From contig JAUPSS010000010.1 of the NCBI GenBank assembly GCA_040285825.1, forward strand, positions 1,052,881 to 1,116,880: 64,000 nucleotides of DNA, read 5' to 3'. The notes beneath the pieces are model-generated. The model saw nothing but the letters and a program-made list of their open reading frames with translations. It searched no databases and was not told the DNA's origin. Positions within the stretch are counted from its first letter, which is position 1. Each line of letters opens with the position of its first letter. Positions 58,291 through 64,000 of the stretch are shown piece by piece. Position numbers and translations under genes: made by a program. Source of the DNA: Eukaryota sp. TZLM1-RC (taxonomy: Eukaryota > Protista > Metamonada: BaSk clade).

Positions 58291-59459
58291 GTAGTGATTC
58301 CTATCAACATTGAATCCTTTGAGCATTAAATTACACAACTATATTACTATGGTTTTGAAAGGAAATCATCTCGATAAAATGGACAAATTTGCTCTTTGAC
58401 AATATGATGCAATTAACTTATGATTGTATTGAAACGAATAACTTTTACAATAACCTTTTTACAGTTTACGCCTTTTAAACAATTGAGAACTTTTACGCTG
58501 ATGGGATCCACTCAACTTTCTGGGGAGTATTATGTTTATATTATTTCCAAAGATTTCCAAATTGAAAGGATTTTATTGATCATTCTCTATAATATCAAAA
58601 ATTCCCATTTTGATAAAAAAAGCGATCACAAGCTGTCGTCTCAATAACAGTCGCATTGTGATGTAGCAGCTTCGTCTATCAGTTGACCATGGCATCAAAT
58701 TGAGATAAGGGAAAATGTGCTCTTGTGCTGTTTAATCATTCAAATATAAATATATATAATTACTGGTTCCAAACGATTAGAAATTGATGTGGATATTACT
58801 TTTTCAGAACAAAATTTGAGAGGATTAGATCAAGCCAAAGTGATTGAAAAGCAAAAATCCAAAATATTCTCCAAGCCTCCAGAAGTTTCTGTCAAAAGAA
58901 TTCCAATTACCCTTTTATTTGTTGTGATTTGTGAGAACGACGTAAATGAAAAATACTTAAATGATCATATAGAAAAACATATTTTGGTGACTTCAACTGA
59001 CTTTTTGAACTCTTATAATAGTACTGATGATTGCCAAAAAAGACACGATTTAGCGGTTTTCTTTTATGCATAATTTTCCAAATGAAATTTCGATGTTAAC
59101 TGATTTTGAAAATTGTGTGACAAAATTCAAACCAGATTTTTTGGCAGGCCACAACATCAAAAACTTTGACTTGCCCTCTTTGACAAGTCGTTCTGACGTT
59201 CATGGAAAGGATATTTAGAAAAAAGATTACGATTCCCAACCTTTGAATGACGCATTGAAGTCTTTTGTGGAAAACCCAAACGATTTTCAAGTAATTGATA
59301 CTCCTCATTTACGTAACACTTGTTATTTATGTGGAGCTGGAAATAGCTTGTTGATTTCATGTTGGCAAGATACAAATAAATGAAATCATTGTTCATCTAT
59401 AATCAAAAGCTTGATCAAAACATTTTCTCTTCAACAGAATGTAAAACTGTAAATGATAT

Positions 59460-60860
59460 GCTTCAGTAAATGGATTTCAATTTGGCCACCCCAAACTCCA
59501 AGTCAAAGACAAGAAAGCCTAATTTACCTAATATATTTTATACTATAGATGTAAATTGGGAAAAATATCTTGAAAGATCTTTCATACTAATGGCGAACGT
59601 CAGTCGTATTTCTGAAAAATTGATTAAAAGCGCTGAAGGGGTAAACCTAGGCCTTTATTCAATTACAACGTTTTTCCTATCATAACATCATTTTTTGCCA
59701 GTGTATATACAGGTTGAAACCAGAAGTGTGCAAATCATTATTAAACAATCAAGAAAACTGTCTAGTGAATCCACATTACTCCCCATCGCAGAGTTTGATG
59801 AAACTGAAGAAAGTGATGATCAAACGATTGATGTTCATGCTAAAAATCTCAAAACTTGGAAGAGGGTACTCAACATGCAGTATAATGCCATGACCAAAAA
59901 TACTAATGGTTATTTTTTGACAGCAGTATTTTGACAGAGGGCTTTAGAGTTTCGGTTCAACACAAGAGGAATGATTTTGAAAAATGAAAAGACAAACAAT
60001 AAGAAAGGGATGAATTATATATTCATGACATTTCTGAAGACAAACTGAATTCATTAAAAGGTAAAGTCATTGCTGGAATAGACCCTAACGAATATGGTAC
60101 CAAACTGGTATCAGAGATAAAAACTCCTAATCCACAGAAAATTATTTACCAAATCAGTCAATCATATGCTGCTGAGATGAGTAAAATGGAATCCAAAAGA
60201 ATCAATATGACTGAAGCAGAAAGGAAAAAATTAGAAAAGTTCAAAAACAACAAGATGCGTGAGGCAAAAGACAAGAGAGATAGGAAACAAGATGAAGAAA
60301 ATAGGGAAAATCAGAAAAGACAAAACCCAAAAAATTCCTTTAATGAAAAGAGACAAAAATTTAAAGAAAAAAAAAGACAGACTGATTATTGATTCTTACA
60401 CTGCTGGTAGACGAAACTTTGAACTTCAAACAAAGAAATTCAGAGAAACGGAAACAAACTACTTGAACTCAATCATTTTCAGGATTGAGAGCAGTGAAAA
60501 CTCTTCCAGAACTGCAGTTATAAAAAGAATCAACCGTGAACTGTGGGGAGCAATCTGGAAAAATATTCTGGAAAATAATTTGCCCCAAAATCATCTGACA
60601 CATTTCGCAAAGATTTCCCGACTCTGTTCTTTTGTTCATACATGGGCTTTGAGTATTATCAGCTACTCAATGAATATGATATAACCTCTTCCAAGATTCA
60701 TGCCAGCGTTGATACACAAACAAGAGCAATGAGAATCAAAAAATGGGAATTTATTGGGAATTTCTATTTTGAGTGTGAAACACAGAAGCGGAAATCATTA
60801 AATCTCTTCACAATTTTACATTCAGAGATTTCAATTTACACAATCGGAGAGGTGTCAGTT
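59460..60860 (+). pseudogene. Highly divergent Fanzor/TnpB-like remnant
   Basis: Broken frames give LTEGFRVSV (TDG-like), GKVIAGIDP (RuvC-I-like) and LLNEYDITSSKI (RuvC-II xxEYxTSK-like) in the expected order; no Zn finger or RuvC-III seen. Confidence 0.4.
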
Positions 60861-60914
60861 TGAAAAATATCTGAGAAATTGCACCAACACCAACTTATTT
60901 CATCAAGCTTCTAA

Positions 60915-62078
60915 ATGGCTGACGCTCAAATAGAGTCACAATTATCCCAAGCCCTTGACCGTGTCCGTGATCTTGAAAACTCCATTGAAGCTTTACCTGT
61001 TGCATCCAGTACTGAATCTGACAATTCCGGGGCTGAATCTGATCTAATCCACCCTCCTCCACTTACTCCTTCCCTTTTAACCATCCGCAATGAACATTCT
61101 CCTGATCCACCTTCCCCCAAAGAACCCTCAACAGCAATCGATCAAGACTTTCACTCATTTATTCGTGCGCACCAGCTCTCAGACGATGATTCAGAAGAAG
61201 ATGAGATGTTTAATGAAGTCCGGCTTCGCCTTAGTAAACTAACCACCACTAAAACTTCTTTTTCTCCTAAACAACGATTCAAGATAGCTGCTCTTTCAGT
61301 CTACTTCTCCACCCTCCTCCAGTCCCTTTCTTCGTCGTCCAGGTCATTACTCCTATCAGAAATCTCATCTCTTTGGCTATCCTTTAGTGATCGCTCTGTG
61401 TTGTTTTATAAGCGGGTGTTGCTCTATCCGCTACAAGCAATTCTTGAATATCCAAAGAAATTGCTGCCAGAAGTGTCTAAAGCTTTGTTTTTTGTGAAAA
61501 ATAAGAAGTTTAATAATTGTGTCTGTAAAATCCAAACTAGAATGACTGCCCTAATTTCATCACTTTACGATTCAAAATCTTCTTTTGTGGAGCAAGAAAA
61601 AGGGCTGGTGAAATTTCTGGCCAGGCTAACCTACCGTCGAAGACATTTACCCCCTTCTTTGTTCACCTCCCCCTATCTTGAATATCTGGGCCTGGTGGAA
61701 GGTACGGATAAAGGAGAGGAGCTGAGTGAAGTAGAAGTTATACTGGTGGTAATGCTATTTGTTAATCAATCTTTGGTTAATTTACTATTAAATCCCATAA
61801 CTTCGGGAGTTTCGCTTAAAAATTCAGTAGAAAGTCCTTATGCTGAGGTCAATTCTGTGGTCATTGCATCTTTTGTTGATTACTTATTTAGAGTATGTGG
61901 TGCTGAATTGCTCCAACAAACATCAGTCCCACCTTCTATAATAGGAGATAAAGTTCTTGGTGATGGCACTCTAAGCTCGCTTATTAGGTACATGAAGCCG
62001 ATGAGTTTTACCAAGTGTTGTGATCAGTTAAAATACTTTATTTTGACATTAGCATTCAAGGTAAATTCTTTTAGGTGA
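60915..62078 (+). CDS. Hypothetical protein
   Basis: 387-aa ORF with host-like composition; no motif recognised. Confidence 0.7.
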   Translation: MADAQIESQLSQALDRVRDLENSIEALPVASSTESDNSGAESDLIHPPPLTPSLLTIRNEHSPDPPSPKEPSTAIDQDFHSFIRAHQLSDDDSEEDEMFNEVRLRLSKLTTTKTSFSPKQRFKIAALSVYFSTLLQSLSSSSRSLLLSEISSLWLSFSDRSVLFYKRVLLYPLQAILEYPKKLLPEVSKALFFVKNKKFNNCVCKIQTRMTALISSLYDSKSSFVEQEKGLVKFLARLTYRRRHLPPSLFTSPYLEYLGLVEGTDKGEELSEVEVILVVMLFVNQSLVNLLLNPITSGVSLKNSVESPYAEVNSVVIASFVDYLFRVCGAELLQQTSVPPSIIGDKVLGDGTLSSLIRYMKPMSFTKCCDQLKYFILTLAFKVNSFR

Positions 62079-63553
62079 AGTGTTGGGTTGTTTATTTCGT
62101 GTACAAATTTTCAAATTAAATTTCTTTTATCAGTAAATATTTTCTTTGCAATTCATCCTTTTTGTCTTTTTTGTGGAGTTGTTCAATTCAGCTGGGAGGA
62201 AATATAATGTTTCATTTGATTAATTTTATATTTTTTTTATTTTATTTTTTTATCAAGATGGTGTTATTCAAGCATATGAACCTCAACTAATGAGCAATCA
62301 AGCTAAGAAGATAATGTCCAATTTTCAGAATCTTTTTGTCAGTATTGTGTATTAATTTCATAATAAAATGTTGTTTCAGCAGTTGTGTAGTTTATGAGTT
62401 GATTCGATTTTAGTTTCAAAGATTAAGTCCTAGTTCTAAAATTATATCAATTTAATAGTTAGTTCTAATGGCCACTTGAACAAGGCTGAGGTTCGGTAAC
62501 GAAACAAATATGATGAGTTATTAAATGATTAAATAAGAACCTTTAGTCGAAGTTTTCTTTTGTTCCTTTTGCCTTCTCGTTTTTTGGTAACATTGGTCAT
62601 TCTGGTTTGTATTTTCTCAATGATTTTGATAATCTTTGGCGTTTAAGTGGTACGAATTTTGCTGGGTAATTAATATTAATTTTGCTTTAAATAGAAGGGT
62701 TCCCAAGTGTTTACATTTAATGATGTCTAAGCTTTACAAGTATTCTTCAAGAGTTGGTGTGGAGAATTTTGTTTCTTATGTGTTTTTATTTGTATTGTTT
62801 TAATTTGTTTTGTTTTGTATTTACGTAGAAATAGATCTGATAGAATTAAACCACTTGTTTTTACTGCTTCCCCATTTTCTATAAACCGAATACTTTCATT
62901 AGAAGCAGGAACTTTTTTGAATAATGTCCAAGTAATGGTTCAAGAAAAAACAATGAAAAGACTTGGTATCTTCTTATGATGTTCTCTAATTCAATTTGCC
63001 ATTATTAATAAATAAGCTCAATATTTCAATCGAATTAGACAAAAAATTAATTAATAAATTAATTAGAAATTAAACAAAAATTTACGTGGAAATATAAATT
63101 TCTTTGAAATATCAGTTTGTTTTTATTTACTGTTATACCCTGTGTTTGATGAAGATTTTTTAGTACAATTTAAGCTTTTATTAATAGTTGAATGAAATGC
63201 AATCCATCTAAATCATTTTTCTTTCGAAACTCAAAATGGATTCCAAACAATAATATATTGATTTTGCATAGAAATTTCTATCCCATGGGAAATTCCTATA
63301 CCAGGTAAAACCAGGATGTGTTTAGAGTGATTACTTTATCAGCATTAAGCAATAAGAAAGAACAAGTTTCCCAACTGAAACTCCAGTTGTGAAATGGTCC
63401 GATTTGAAAGACCTTTCCAAACAGTGCACAGGATTCAAAGTCTTGCTGAGCTTTTGCTCGACTGTCAATCCTGGAATCTTTGAGGATGATTTGTCAAGGG
63501 AGCAGAAAATGTCATAGGGGTAAAAACCTTTGTTTTATTCCTCCCTCCTTACA

Positions 63554-64000
63554 ATGATGCAACAGCCTCAAATGATGTACGCTCAGCCTCAAATGATGAT
63601 GGTTCCAGGTCAACCAATGATGATGGCTCCCCAACCTTATCCCCAAAACCCAGGCTTCATCCAAAACGTTAAGTCAATGCCAAAGAAGAAGAAGGGATGC
63701 TGTGCTTGTTTGTTTTAGTCTTTTTTAATAACATCAGGCTTCTGCTGCTTACTTTTATTGATCTTAATCACCGCCATCGTTGCGTTGATTCTTAAACTAG
63801 GTCAGTGCTCAACATTGGACCATGACCGCGAGTGGACTATCGAAGATGTTTCATCAGGTTTTGAAATTCGCTCAATGAAAGGAACCTTCCAGACAGTACA
63901 GTGTGAAACCTGTATCACTCCTGAACTTCACATCATTCAACGCAATTCCCGCGACGTGTTCCCCGAGCCAAACACCAACACTACTGATGATGATGGAATC
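63554..64000 (+). CDS. Single-pass membrane protein with Q/M/P-rich N-terminus and Cys-rich TM; one 30-nt intron (63708-63737); partial
   Basis: Removing GTTTGT...TAACATCAG removes an in-frame TAG and gives KKKKGCCACFCCLLLLILITAIVALILKLGQC..., open to the window end. Confidence 0.7.

Noticed and set aside
58400-59400. Short ORFs at 58.4-59.4 kb, and at 22889-23182 and 760-1008
   Set aside because: No recognisable motifs; probably decayed TE or non-coding sequence.

Overview
AT-rich, intron-poor eukaryotic (protist) genomic DNA. One 30-nt intron with a branch point fused to the 3' splice site hints at a metamonad-like lineage (inference). Host genes: partial HRD1-like E3, VPS50/syndetin, M16C peptidase, CFAP73/CCDC42-like, ASH2L-like SPRY, dynein intermediate chain-like WD40, coiled-coil and EF-hand proteins. 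They sit among dense, nested mobile DNA: CRE-like RLE non-LTR retrotransposons, a chromodomain-bearing Ty3/Gypsy remnant, a hAT deletion derivative and at least three Fanzor remnants. Three things stand out. (1) An apparently intact class II lanthipeptide synthetase (LanM, ProcM-type CCG cyclase) lies head-to-head, 54 bp apart, with a small Cys/Ser/Thr-rich precursor-like ORF whose core is bounded by RRR and KR. The ~4.1 kb cassette is bracketed by a duplicated piece of a host gene: a candidate eukaryotic lanthipeptide pathway. (2) Four dispersed TRIM-like genes (RING-Bbox-Bbox-coil) end in a GATase-like domain with discrete hypervariable loops; three are welded to the same dead retrotransposon fragment. 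(3) Two Fanzor right ends stop 2-3 nt before the ATGs of two convergent host genes. All family calls come from motif recognition by eye; no database search was run.
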